A DNA stretch of 64,000 bases from assembly GCA_030390025.1 (NCBI GenBank), contig CM059433.1, positions 992,001 to 1,056,000 of the forward strand, written 5' to 3'. This stretch comes from Squalus acanthias (Eukaryota). The position numbers and the translations under genes are program-made. Positions 13,045 through 25,850 of the stretch are shown in pieces. Below the pieces are notes generated by a model, which searched no databases, was not told the origin of the DNA, and was given only the letters and a program-made list of their open reading frames with translations. Positions within the stretch are counted from its first letter, which is position 1. Each line of letters opens with the position of its first letter.

Positions 13045-14690
13045 GTGCTGCTGGATGCTTGCAAGGCTTTGGCTGTTAAAGGAAGGCCTCTGAGAAGACC
13101 ACTTGCTCAGAGCCCTGGGAGCTCTAGTTGCAGTCGCCCTTGGGCTGCAACATCTGCTGGAGATGAAGCAGAGGCAGCAAAGGGGATAAGCTGCTCGCAG
13201 AGTGAAGGGGGAGAAGCAGAAGAGGAGGAAGCGGAAGGAAGGAGGCAACCCAGACAGCCCCTTTCTGGCCGGGATATCCGGGATTGAATCTTCCACCTGC
13301 AGTACCAGTGACCACAACCCCAATTCCCCTTTCAACATTTGTCCCACACCTTCCCTTCCCTCTGTTACTGACCATCACAGAGTCCTCTTAGCCACAATGC
13401 TGAAATAAAAGCCACCACAAAGCAAACTTTCCAATTCAACTTTATACATTTATCCATCCAATATTACATCAAGAAATCTTTGTGCATTCTCTTAGTGCCT
13501 GTCTTCAGTGTGCCTTTGCCTGTCCTAGTGCTCCTGTGCAGTGCTACCCAGTGGCTGCAGCATGGCTGGTGGAAGGCTGCTGGTTTTCAGTGGGGACACT
13601 GCAGATGGCCTTGCCAGATGACCACGAAGAGCTGGTGACTGGGAGTGTCAGCTCGAGTGACGGTGTTTCTTCTTCTTCACTCTCCTCTCCCTCTTCTTGG
13701 TCAACCACAGACTGGATTTCTTGGGTGTCTGAAATGAGGAAGGCACAAGGGTAGGGTTGTGGTGAGGGGAGGACAGGAAAGCAAGAGGTGCTTCCTTACA
13801 CCATGTGCAGCTTGTACATCAGAAGATATTGTGGGATGAGGGGGAAGTGGGATGTGAGAAGGAGGAAACCGGCATCTTGTATTCTTTCAGCCCCACCACT
13901 GGCCAAGTGCTCAGCCGTGTCCCTGCCAAGAATGGCCAACACCGTCTCCTCCAAGGGGTTGAGGTGAAGCTAGGAATGTGAGGTGTGCCTCATGTGTGGC
14001 AGAGATTGTTGGTAGGTGAGTGATGGGTGAGGGGCGAGTCGTGCTTTGAGCAGTGTGTGAGGCTAGTGGTGCAATTTTTAGGAGACGGCTTTTGAAGATG
14101 TAGTCACTGACCTTGACCACTCGTCTGAGGTCATGAAGCTTCGTTGGGCCCTGGAGCCAGATGGTGGGGGCAACACTGCTGGCTGTGACCTCCTTGGTGA
14201 TCTGGTTCCACATCATTCTTTCTGGAGGGCCTCCTGGCCCCTGTGGGTAGAGGACCTCTCTTGCAGTGCTGATCCCTTGCTCCAGTGCTGCGTGCGAGAC
14301 CCTGGGTGCCCTTTCCGTAGCCTGTTGAGCCATTTGTTTTGGTGCTGAAGCACTTTTACCATTTTTTTATGTGCAGAAGGCAGTTCAGCTTTTTTGAATT
14401 ATTTTTAAGTTTTTTCAGAAAGAAGTTCACCTTTAAAGACTCGAGACTGCTTTCAAAATTGACAGCCTTGCTTTAAGAGAATGCAGCGTTGCCACAGCGA
14501 TGTGACATTGGGCCTCCTGCTGAGCGCGCAGCCTGAAGCAACGCATTTGTCGCTGGGCTGGGCGCTAAAATCGGTCACATCAGCTGGCAGCACTGAGATA
14601 GTGTTCGGCCTGTGCTTTCTAAACGGGTGCAAGCAAGTCTCGCCCTGCGGTTCCACCGCACATTTTCGGGCCTTATCGAATTTCTAGGCC
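13045..14690 (+). mobile_element. Degenerate Harbinger right part: transposase C-terminus (+, ~13045-13310), Myb/SANT gene remnant (-, from 14333), terminal repeat
   Basis: EEEEAEGRRQPRQPLSGRDIRD resembles the C-terminus at 19106-19200; MAQQATERAPRVSHAALE...MWNQITKEVT...KLHDLRRVVK; ends GAATTTCTAGGCC. Confidence 0.78.
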
Positions 14691-14863
14691 TCTGAAATTC
14701 CTCTTTAAAACTCGTTTTGGGAAAATATAAATAGAAAAAATATTTTTGACTACACGGTCCTGAACATCTTTGCGAAGCAATTTCAGTGGTTACACCAGGA
14801 TCATTCTAACTGGTGTTCTCCAGCTTTGGAGTAGCTGGCGTTTGCAGGGTCAGTGAGAGTGCC

Positions 14864-16300
14864 AGCTGTGGCCCACTGGGTCGCACGCTCACCGCTCAGC
14901 CAGAATGGTCTGGGCTCAGGACCCACTCCAGCACTGTCGGAGGGGCAGTACTGAGGGAGTGCTGCACTGTCGGAGGGGCAGTACTGAGGGAGTGCTGCAC
15001 TGTCAGAGGGGCAGTACTGAGGGAGCGCTGCACTATCGGAGGGGCAGTACTGAGGGAGTGCCGCACTGTCAGAGGGGCAGTACTGAGGGAGTGCTGCACT
15101 GTCGGAGGGGGAGGGGCAGTACTGAGGGAGCGCTGCACTGTCGGAGGGGCAGTACTGAGGGAGTGCTGCACTGTCGGAGGGGCAGTACTGAGGGAGCGCT
15201 GCACTGTCGGAGGGGCAGTACTGAGGGAGCGCTGCACTGTCGGAGGGGCAGTACTGAGGGAGTGCTGCACTGTCAGAGGGGCGGTACTGAGGGAGCGCTG
15301 CACTGTCAGAGGGGCAGTACTGAGGGAGTGCTGCACTGTCTGAGGGGCAGATCTGAGGGAGCGCCGCACTGTCGGAGGGGCAGTACTGAGGGAGCGCCGC
15401 ACTGTCGGAGGGGCAGTACTGAGGGAGCGCCGTACTGTCGGAGGGGCAGTACTGAGGGAGCGCTGCACTGTCGGAGGGGCAGTACTGAGGGAGCGCTGCA
15501 CTGTCGGAGGGGCAATACTGAGGGAGCGCCGCACTGTCGGAGGGGCAGTACTGAGGGAGTGCCGCACTGTCGGAGGGGCGGTACTGAGGGAGCGCCGCAC
15601 TGTCGGAGGGGCAGTACTGAGGGAGCGCCGCACCGTCGGAGGGCAGTACTGAGGGAGCGCCGCACTGTCGGAGGGGCAGTACTGAGGGAGTGCCGCACTG
15701 TCGGAGGGGCAGTACTGAGGGAGCGCCGCACTGTCGGAGGGGCAGTACTGAGGGAATGCCGCAGTGTCGGAGGGTCAGTACTGAGGGAGCGCTGCACTGT
15801 TGGAGGGGCAGTACTGAGGGAGTGCTGCACTGTCGGAGGGGCAGTACTGAGGGAGCGCTGCACTGTCGGAGGGGCAGTGCTGAGGGAGCGCCGCACTGTC
15901 GGAGGGGCAGTACTGAGGGAGTGCTGCACTGTCGGAGGGGCAGTACTAAGGGTGTGCTGCACTGTCGAAGAGGCAGTACTAAGGGACCACTGCACTGTCG
16001 GAGGGGCAGTACTGAGGGAGCACCGCACTGTCGGAGGGGCGATACTGAGGGAGCGCAGCACTGTCAGAGGGGCAGTACTGAGGGACCACTGCATTGTTGG
16101 AAGGGGCAGTACTGAGGGAGTGCTGCACTGTCGGAGGGGCAGTACTAAGGGACCACTGCACTGTCGGAGGGGCAGTACTGAGGGAGTGTCGGAGGTACCG
16201 TCTTTCGGATGAGATGTTGAACTGAGGCTCCGTCTGCTCTCTCAAGTGGACATAAAAGATTCTGTGGCACTATTTCGAAGATGAACAGGGGAGTTATCCC
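14864..16300 (+). mobile_element. tRNA-derived SINE with an internal tandem expansion
   Basis: Decayed tRNA head at 14864-14930; SINE body resumes at ~16195 (GTCTTTCGGATGAGATGTT...), colinear with the 24066 copy. Confidence 0.8.
14931..16195 (+). repeat. 33-bp tandem array, about 38 units, CACTGTCGGAGGGGCAGTACTGAGGGAGYGCYG
   Basis: Directly visible; unit corresponds to the SINE segment at 24171-24201. Confidence 0.97.
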
Positions 16301-17055
16301 TGCCATCATTAGGTAGGTTCCTCCGGTCTCTCGCTTAGAACCCCTGTGGATTTTCAGGGCCTATGTTTTCTTTTAAGAAGGGCTCAGTGCACTGTTCAAG
16401 GAAACACAATTGCAAACATTTACAGCAATGCAAATGAAAGTCTATTTTGTAATCAACTATGTCAAAACAGGTGCAGTTAGCACTGTTGAAGAATATGCCC
16501 TCTGATCTATGGTAATGATATGTTTGTCACAGTAAACATCACTGCAGTTTTGGGCTACAAGGAAAAGTCTGTTTTCTAGTTATCTTCATTTACATATGTA
16601 ACTTCACTACTTTATTTATTATCGCTATCACCATATTACCACAATTAGAATAATCTCCTAATTTTATAAAGTTGTATTTTAAAGACGAGCACACTTCCAC
16701 CCCCAGTCCAGTATTTCTAAATTCCATGCGGGAGAAATTCATTGCAGCCCAGGAATGGGCGGTAACTTTTGAAAAGTTTGAGAATTAGCGGCAGGCGCTG
16801 ATGCTTCAGACTGCATGCAAAATTCAGTCTCATCGCACAAAGAAAGGATTGGAGCGCTAAATCAAGCGCTAATGGCCGAGCTCAGTGGTGTTAAACTCAA
16901 AGCGCTGACCAATATCAGGTGCAGTCCAATCACAAGTCATCATTGCCACAGGCTCTTTCCAGTTCTTAAAGGGGAGGTTCATTGATGCTGCAGAACCGTC
17001 TCAGCCTGCAGCAGCAGCTCAAGAAGAAGGAGCCGGACAACTCAACCTGCCGTAA

Positions 17056-18940
17056 TGATGGCAGATCCACGCCCCAGGGAGAGAGCCTGCAGATTCTGCA
17101 ACCATGCATTGGAGGCGTTGGTGTTCGCAGTGGCAAGATGGAGGGCGGTGCTCTACCCAGCAAGTGGCAGGAGGCCTTCGCCACAAGTCTTCCGTGCCAT
17201 GTGAAGGGAGGTAGCGCAGCACATCTGGGGCAGCACTGTGGTCCCCAGGACCTACACATAGTGCAGGAAGAAATTTAACAACCTCACTCGGGTGGTCAGG
17301 GTGAGTCAATGCTTCAACAAATGCTACATATCACCATCTGCACCAAAGCCTTCACGCACTGCCCAAAGCACCACACCCCCAGCACTCACCCACCAACAAT
17401 CTCTACCTACCAACACTCACACCCACAGCTCACACCTTGCACACAATGACAGCTATTCAACTATGGCAGGCACATCTCCCAAACACATTGCTCCACACTC
17501 ACTCACAGACTTTCCTTGCTCTTGCAGGCCAAGGTGGCTCAGAACAGGAGGGAGCAGGAGCGCACAGGCAGGAGACAAGGCGACACCCAACCACTGTCTG
17601 CGCTGGAAAATAGAGTGCTGGAGATTATTGGGCACCAGGTGGTGGGCGCCATGGCCACTGGTGACGTTGACCCCCTTGGGGACAACAACGGTATGTTCAT
17701 CCCTACTCCTTCTTCTCACAATCCACTTCCCCCTCACCCCACAAGCCATTCGCACTTTCCAGCTAATCATGCTGTATGCATGCATTTCTCCCTTCCTGCC
17801 CCCTCCCCTCACCTTAACCCGACTCTTTGCCTTTATGCTTTCAGATAATCAGCAAGCACCTGAGCAGCCTGTCCCTGAGGGCACCGTTGAGAGCGAGGTG
17901 GGAGAAGAGGAATAGGAAGAACACACCGCGTCACTGCATGTCTCACCCACAGGCACCAGCTCAGATACTGGCACTACACGTTCTTTCGAGGCTAGTATAG
18001 TAGTGATTTCCACACAGGATGATGCACCGGGGACGAGTGGGCTGCAGCAAGGCCAGGGGGAAAGGGTAGCTCAGGGGCCAGCTCCCCGGAGGGCGAGTTC
18101 GCGCGTGAGTTCTGCTGCACAGGACTCAGATGAGGACCTTGATGGGGAGATGTTTAGAAGAATGGTGATGGGCATGCACACGGAGATGATAGGTGCAATG
18201 GCAATGGTGCCCAAGAGCCTGTTGGCAATGGTAAGGATCGTGGAGGAGACCCCTCCAACATTGCACAGAGCTCTGCGCACACCATGGAGCCCATCATTTC
18301 CAGTCTGCAAAGGATGGTGGACTCCCAGAGAGACCGTGGCAACCCAAACTTGATGTCACATGTGATGGGCGATCTGGCAGCTTCCATTGCAGCACAGGCG
18401 GAAGCAACGCAATGTCTTAGTGCTCTCATGCAGTCTCAGCTTGATGCAATGCAAGTTGTGACTGCTGCCATCATGGCTGGGTCTACCACTGTCAACCGGG
18501 GCTTTCACGGTGTCACAACAGGCCAGTAATCTGTGCTCCAACAGATTGCTAGGGATGCTGAGGTGCTGCCCAGGGGTGGGGTGGGGGGGGGTGGGGGGGT
18601 GAGTGGCAGAGGGTCAGTGGAGCAGGAAGCTACTGTCCTCTCTCAGGATGACAGCATTCCTGCTCCCACCACTGGCACTCCGCCATTGTCCTCGTCGCTG
18701 CCTGTCATCCAGCCAACCCAGACTGCCACCGCCCAGCCTGAGGTGGTGCAGTCTACAGCCGGGCCTTTCGGCCCAGAGAAGGTCGAGGACGTCCTGCAAG
18801 GCCATCTGAAGTCTCCCACACGGACACTCAGCAGCCTTCCACCAGCCCTGCTGCAGCCACTGGGCCAACACTTCATAGGAGCACTAGAGTGGGCAAAGGC
18901 ACAGTAACGAGAGGCACTAAGGGATTGCACAAGGGTGAAT
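17056..18940 (+). pseudogene. Harbinger Myb/SANT-like gene, 3 exons, frameshifted
   Basis: MMADPRPRERACRFCNHALEALV...QCRKKFNNLTRVVR then GTGAGT (17301); TTGCAG acceptor then AKVAQNRREQERTG (17528); GTATGT donor 17691; TTCAG acceptor ~17844. Confidence 0.8.
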
Positions 18941-19105
18941 CGTTAATATTGTTGTTGTAAATATGTGTTCAGATTTCTGATAAATTTATTAATTCAGTTT
19001 GGATTCTTTTGTGGTGTCTCTCATTTCAGCTTTGTGCTGTGATATGGCCTGCGACAGGGATGGAATGATGGGGATGTGGTGAGCAACGGGGATCTGGGGT
19101 TTAAT

Positions 19106-20253
19106 TCATTCGAACCGCAGTCTGATGAGGCGATCACGGACCGCCCTTCCGGAAGGCCGATTGAGTGGCCGCCTCTTCCCTCGCTCCTGTTCCTCCTCCT
19201 CCTCCTCCTCCTCGTCTTCCTCATCCTCCTCATCATCGTCCTCTCCCTCTCCCTCCTCCTGAGGTGGTCCCGCAATCCCTGGTGACAAGGGCTGGGCCCT
19301 CATGATGGCCAAGTTGTGGAGCGTGCAGCAGACCACCACGAAATGGGACACCCGCTCAGCCGAGTACTGAAGGGCTCCTTCCGAGCAGTCAAGGCAATGG
19401 AACCATTGCTTGAGCACCCCGATGGTCTGCTCGATGATGTTCCTGGTGGCAGCATGGCTCTCATTATATGAGAGTTGGGCAGGAGTGCTGGGGTTGCGGA
19501 GGGGAGTCATGAGCCCTTGGTGAGCGGACAGCCCTTGTCTCTGACCAGCCAGCTGCGAACTTGATGTGGTGGCTGGAAGAGTGCTGCCAGGATAGCGGGC
19601 ATTGACGTTAAGGATTCGCTGTGTGTGGTCACACACCAGCAGCACATTAAGTGAGTGGTCGCCTTTGCGGTTACGGAAGATCTCAGGATTGTTATGCGGT
19701 GCCCGCAAAGCCACATGGGTGCAGTCAATGGCGCCTTGCACCATGGGGAATCCCACTATTCTGGCAAAGCCACATGCACGCTCGCCCTGCTTCTATCTGG
19801 TGATGGGGAAGGAACTGTAGTCCCTTCTCCTACTGTAGAGAGCCTCTGTGACCTCCTGGATGCAGTGATGGATGGCGAGCTGTGAGATGTTAGCTATGTC
19901 TCCTGTTGCAGATTGGAAGGATCCGCTGGCGAAGAAATTGAGGGCCATGGTGACCTTGACTGCCACTGGGAGAGCCGTGGTCGCCCTGATCTGAGGCTCG
20001 AGGTCTGGTTGCAGGAGGTGGCAGAGTTCTGTGACCACCTCCTTGCTGAAGTGGAGCCTTCTAATACACTGCTCCTCGCTTAATTGGAGGTAGGAGAGGT
20101 GCTCACGGAATACCCTCGGAGGGTAAGGCCTCCTGTTGAGAGCCTGATGGCCCTCCTCCTCCCTCTGGCCACATGTTCCAATCTTTCTCGCTGCCTGCGC
20201 TCCCTCCGCTGTAGATCTTGGAGGGCGAGTTCGACTGCCAGTACAGCCCCCAT
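19106..20253 (-). pseudogene. Harbinger DDE transposase, frameshifted with an internal deletion
   Basis: [66 protein letters not shown]; the HDS..L motif after YPGS is missing. Confidence 0.92.
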
Positions 20254-21182
20254 TAATGTAAGGAAGTGCAGCACTTTGATATTTTGTGAGAATAAATGTA
20301 ACTAACTTTTAGAAGCCGCAACACTCCGGAGACTAAACAACCTTTGAATGACTGAATTCAACACTTGAACTATCTCAAACTGACAAGGAAGCAGTGAAAC
20401 AGCACTAACCCGAGAGCTGCGACTCATTACTAATGATCCCGTTAAATAGCGCCCCTGGAGCCAGCTTCCGCCTGCTTGACACCTCCTCTCCCTGTCGCTG
20501 TCGATACCAGGCGCTAAGGCAGGGGGAAATAATCAATTTGGCAGATCAGGCGCCCAGTGAGCATTGCACACTCGCTGGCGTCACGATCTGCCTGGTGCTG
20601 AAGTCCCCGGCGCTAACTCGTAGTGGCGGCGCTATGTAGGGGCTGAATTTGGCGTGCGCAGCTGGATTTGCCTCGCCGCGGGTGCTACTGCCTCGGTGCC
20701 CCGTTAGTGACTCCGCCAGGCACTGACTGGAGGCGCTAAGGTACCGAATTTCTCCCCCCATGTGTCTGCATAGAAAAAGGAAAAAATGGGATAAAGTAAA
20801 ATTTGACGTGATAATTAACTATAGATTAAACAAATAACAAATCTCTAAAATATCAGGAATGATTAGAACCCTGTTGTATGTTTTGAAGTATCTCCTGATT
20901 ATAATTCCATTTGAAAACATGATTGTCTGTTCAATGTATTACATGTATATTACAAAAGTTCCTGTATGGATGTAAAAGACCCATTATTGCAAAGGACTGC
21001 ATGCAACTATGAATTGTACTGGCCTTTCATGTAGTTATAATGACCTTTCACTTAAATGGTCCAGAATTCTGCTGCACTAAGTCCTATTCACCCATCAACC
21101 CTGCTGCTGATTTGCATTCGCTTCCTGTCCCCCAAAGCATTGAATTCAAAATCTTAGTCTTGCCCACCCTATTTCTGCAATG

Positions 21183-21786
21183 AAACAAAGACTTGCATTT
21201 ATATAGCACCTTTCACAACCACCAGACATCCCAAAGCGCTTTACAACCAATGAAGTACTTTTTGAAGTGGAGTCACTGTTGTAATGTGGGAAACGCGGCA
21301 GCCAATCTGCTCACAGCAAGCTCCCACAAACAGCAATGTGATAATGACCAGATAATCTGTTTTTAGGGATGTTGATGGAGGGATAAATATTGGTCAGGAC
21401 ACCAGGGATAACTCTAATATAATAGTAAAATACTGCGGATGCTGGAAATCTGAAATAACAACAGAAAATGCTGGAAGCACTCAGCAGGCCAGGCAGCTTC
21501 TCTCCACGGATGCTGCCTGCTTCCAGCATTTTCTGTTGTTATACCAGGGATAACTCCCCTGCTCTTCTTTGAAATAGTACCATGGGATCTTTTACATCCA
21601 CCAAAAGAGTAGATGGGGCCTTGGTAACATTCGAAAGACGGCACATCCAACAGTGCAGCACTCCCTCAATACGGCACTGGAGTATCAGCTTAGATTTTTG
21701 CACTCAAGTCTCTGGAGTGGGACTTGAACCCACAGCCTTATCTGACATCAAGGCAAGGGTGCTCGCCCACTGAGCCACTGGCTGAC
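21183..21786 (-). mobile_element. tRNA-derived Deu-type SINE containing a 128-bp insertion
   Basis: Reverse complement of the 24066 family, from head (GGGTTCAAGTCCCACTCCAG) to tail. Confidence 0.88.
21415..21542. mobile_element. Short hairpin insertion, probably from a Penelope-type terminal repeat
   Basis: 14-bp TSD ACCAGGGATAACTC (21401-21414, 21543-21556); 25-bp inverted repeat; same family as 38611-38705 and 47350-47455. Confidence 0.7.
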
Positions 21787-24065
21787 ATTCCAGTGTTAAC
21801 CAGCTTTAGATCCCTTCTGGAATGCTCAGTTCCTCTGATTCAGTCCTGTGTGCATCTACCATTCTCTTTGCCCAATCTCTGAAACCTCCTCCCTAAACGT
21901 CTACAGCTTTAAAAACCTCCACAAAATCCATCTCTTCAATCAAACATTCGGCCGCTTCTCCTAAATTCTGCCTTCCAGGCTTGGGTGCCAGTTCTCCTTA
22001 TGCTTATTTGTGAAGTGCCTCAGGATGTTTGTTAGGCTAAAGGCGCTATATGAATGCAACTTCTTATTGAGCCAAGGAATGTCAGTAACTGTCAGTGATG
22101 TCATCGCCATTATTCTATGGACAAGTCATTTGAAATTTTAAGTATTTTTTAGAATTCGACTGTTAATTGCTAACTGCAGTGAATGCTTGTTTCTGAATTG
22201 TTCCGCAATAACATCAAAACTTCATAGGAAAAAAATCTATTTTCTTATTCAAAGCAGATTTCAAAACTATGTGTCAAGTTAATGAATCTACTCATTTCAT
22301 ATATTACATGTTTCTAGAGTACTATAATTAATGATCAGAAATAAGCGCATGTAGTTAGGCTCTTTGTGTCCTGTAGTGAATGTAAATGGAGACCAGAACT
22401 GGTATCTTCTTACCGGAGATTGACCTCATTAAATACTAACAGACTTGACCATCGAACTGCACGTGCTTCCACGTAACAACATCATTACAACAGTAAGCTC
22501 AGCTGTCAATCCATCAGCACACATGACTGGAAAACATCATCCTGTTTATGACAGTCTAGTTAAACCAGATTGTTTTTAGTGAGTGGCAAAGATAACAGGA
22601 ATCTATAATTAATTACTAGGCTGCTTATTTTAGTTCAAAACTGAAATTATTTTAATAAACTATGGCATGCACAAACAGAATTCTGTAAGGCAACATTAAT
22701 TCTGTCCTGTGTGGTCAGATTCCTTGTGATTACTTCAAACAAGTCATGATTATACGCTGAGCTGATTTACAATGAAATGTGCCTGATTTGCCACATCAGA
22801 ATTGCATTATGAGAGCTTCACTATATCTGGATGACTGGCTCCATGGGGACTTTCCCTTGCTTATTGAGGTTGCTCCATTTTAACAAAGTTCATTAGATAT
22901 TGAATAAATGATGTGGTGGAGTGAATTACAAGGCTGTTAACAAAGTCAAGGAGTTCTGGTAATATCCTAAATCTCCCAAGTATAATTTGAGTGATTCATA
23001 ATGTTACCATCATCCAAGATTGTCCTACAGCCCATTACACGTTCCTACACTTCTTTCATTTGATATAATTGTATACCTGAATAATAGCTGAGGTGTCTTA
23101 AAGTGTTAGTCTTCTGTCTCTTGATTCTCTCTGCTTTGGTTATTCTTCCTTATTAGCAGTCAACGGTACGCTTATGTTAACCAGCAGTGTTCAGTTTCCT
23201 TTGACTAGGATTGATAGTGAGGGACTTGTCACTAAACAGTATTCAAAGCCCAAAGCAACATGATGTGACCTAATCTAGGCCACATTATTTTTAATTTGTA
23301 TTTTTTGGTGAAGTGCTGTGCTCATCAAAATTAGGGTTGTCTGTCCTGGGAACAAAAACTTTTGGCATCCAAGCCTAAATCTAGGTGCAGTGCCAGCATT
23401 GAACAACTCTTAGTTAAGACAGGCAGCGTATAAAGGTGCCTGCATTCTGCCCAGCCAGGTTTCCTGACCCCGCTTCATGTGGAACACCCTCTACCTCACC
23501 AATATAAACTTTTCCAAATCCTCACATGCTTATAGCCTTTTCGAGTGAGCATGCCGAGTGTGTGCGTTGCATCATAGGCAGTTTTGTGCTCAGTCAATGG
23601 AATGAGACTGGCCAAGGTAAGTTCACATAGGACCCTTAGAACTGACAGAGCAACAAACCTTTCATCCCATCAGCTGGATTACATTTTCAACACATTTCCA
23701 GAGGTGAAGATCTAATGTGTTAAAGTATTGCGCCACTGTGTTTGTCAAATTGGCATAATTTGTGAGAAGCCATTTTTTTTCCCCATTTCAGACTGTTTTG
23801 TGTTTCTGCCCATACCAGATTCATGGTTCGTGTTATTCTATTGATGGTCACTCTTTTTAATTCAAAATAAAGTGACAGAGGTGTCCAGGGAATGATGTAA
23901 GTAGGTGGGTTTAGTCACATGGGGGTCTATTGAATTGGTCACGTGGGATCTACACTGCTGGTGATTGTTCTCAGTGTAATTTCCCAAATGATTCTTCAAT
24001 TGGTCGCAAGGCTTTGCTTGATTTGCTGCAAAAAAAATTGGAAGCAAAGTGTGGAGAATTTCACA

Positions 24066-24680
24066 AGCCGTGGCTCAGTGGGCAGCACTCTCGCCTCTGA
24101 GTCAGAAGGTTGTGGGTTCAAGTCCCACTCCAGGGACTTGAGCACATAAATCTAGGCTGACACTCCAGTGCAGTGCTGAGGGAGTGCTGCACTGTCGGAG
24201 ATGACGTCTTTCGGATGAGATGTTAAACCCTCCCTAACAACACTGTGGGAGTACCTTCAACACAAGGACTGCAGCGGTTCAAGAAGGCGGCTCACCACCA
24301 CCTTCTCAAGGGCAATTAGGGATGGGCAATAAATGCTGGCCTTGCCAGTGACGCTCACATCCCATATACAAATAAAACCGAGGCCCCATCTGCTCTCTCA
24401 GGGGGACGTAAAAGATCCCATGGCACTATTTCGAAGAAGAGCAGGGGAATTATCCCCGGTGTCCTGGCCAATATTTATCCCTCAATCAACATAATAAAAA
24501 AACAAATTATCTGGTCATTATCACATTGCTGTTTGTGGGAGCTTGCTGTGCGCAAATTGGCTGCCGCGTTTCCTACATTACAACAGTGACTACACTTCAA
24601 AAAGTACTTCATTGGCTGTAAAGCGCTTTGGGACGTCCTGAGGTCGTGAAAGGCGCTATAGAAATGCAAGTCTTTCTATT
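24066..24680 (+). mobile_element. Full-length tRNA-derived SINE (Deu-domain/SacSINE1-like)
   Basis: A box GTGGCTCAGTGG, B box GGTTCAAGTCC, conserved body, L2-type tail; interrupted at 24229-24375. Confidence 0.9.
24229..24375 (+). mobile_element. 3' end of a LINE (same family as 62165-62965) inserted in the SINE
   Basis: CTGCAGCGGTTCAAGAAGGCGGCTCACCACCACCTTCTCAAGGGCAATTAGGGATGGGCAATAAATGCTGGCC matches the reverse complement of 62195-62320. Confidence 0.85.
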
Positions 24681-25283
24681 TGCTTTTGCTTTACTTTAGT
24701 GAATGCTCACATGAGGTGCAATGTAACAGAATAGAATCAAAAACAGTACAGCTGAGATGATGGTGCAACATTATCAAGGGGAAATAAAGGAAATGCCCAG
24801 TGCTGATCCCCTTAGTTTTGGAAATCCGGTAACAAGGTGTGGTCAGGTTTCACCTAATTAGCAATCAATCATTCCCCCAGTTGCAATGTTGCACTCCAGG
24901 CAACATGCTCTCATCTTGAGCATCCGGGCTACATATGGAACACTTTAAAAATAAACCTGCTACTGATCCAGTACAATTATGAGGGACTAGAAATGATCCA
25001 TGGTTGTAGTCAACCTTCAGAGAACTGGGAAATAACCTCGGCATTTCTTATACTATGACAGCATTGATCACTGGCAATTGCCAATCCAGAACAATCCATA
25101 ATGGGAAGCGTGTAAAATGGCATGCACTGTCTTATAAGATATGCAGCCAAACATTATCTTATCAACCAGAAAGGAATACTGGGAGTCATTTCCCCCTCAT
25201 TTTCTGGTCAGTGATCTGGCAGAGCAGCTCGCCGCCTATTGGAGATTTTCATCCCATTGAAATTAATGGTATGAAAATCAGAA

Positions 25284-25718
25284 ATAAAGACTTGGATTTA
25301 TATTGCCCCTTTCATGACCTTAGGGCGTCCCAAAGTGCTTTACAGTCAACAAAGTGCTTTTGAAGTGTAGTCACTGTTGTAATGTAGGAAATGCAGCAGC
25401 CAATGTATGCACAGCAAGCTCCCACAAACAGCAATGAGATAATTACCAGGTAATCTGTTTTAATGATGTTGGTTGAGGGATTGGTCAGGACACCAGGGAG
25501 AACTCCCTTGCTCTTCTTTGAATTAGTGCCATGGGATCTTTTATATCCACCTGAGAGTGTAGACTCTGTTTAACGTCTCATCCAAAAAAAGGAACCTCTG
25601 ACAGTGCAGCACTGCACTAGAGTGTCAGCTTAGATTTTGTGCTCAAGTCTCTTGGAGTGGGACTTTGAACCCACAACCTTCTGACTCAGAAAGCAAGCAT
25701 GATCCCACTGAGCCACAG
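25284..25718 (-). mobile_element. tRNA-derived Deu-type SINE
   Basis: Reverse complement of the 24066 family. Confidence 0.85.
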
Positions 25719-25850
25719 TTGTCATTATAACTGGCACTTATGTTTGCGTATTCTTTTGTCAAAGTGCTCCATTACTGCAGGGCAGCCGTTCTCTTTCAAT
25801 CAGTAGTTGCAACTATAGGTAATCATTGTCCTGTGTGTGTCATATTTGAG

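Larger units (their letters stand above)
16728..20758 (-). mobile_element. Full-length two-gene PIF/Harbinger transposon (disabled)
   Basis: Ends GCGGGAGAAATTC / GAATTTCTCCCCC; TSD CAT; convergent Myb/SANT and transposase genes. Confidence 0.9.
21070..22065 (+). mobile_element. Old L2 LINE 3' remnant interrupted by a SINE
   Basis: 21070-21180 and 21800-22065 resemble the L2 at 60955-61476; tail AAGGCGCTATATGAATGCAA. Confidence 0.55.

Noticed and set aside
14813..16245. Long ORFs on both strands (HCRRGSTEG, VLRECCTVGGA, STAPPTVQ repeats)
   Set aside because: By-products of a 33-bp SINE-derived unit
22377..22492. Possible host exon (AG...GTAAG)
   Set aside because: Stops in all plus-strand frames and no recognisable protein; a terminal or non-coding exon cannot be excluded
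24066..24135. tRNA gene
   Set aside because: It is the tRNA-derived head of a SINE and continues into the SINE body
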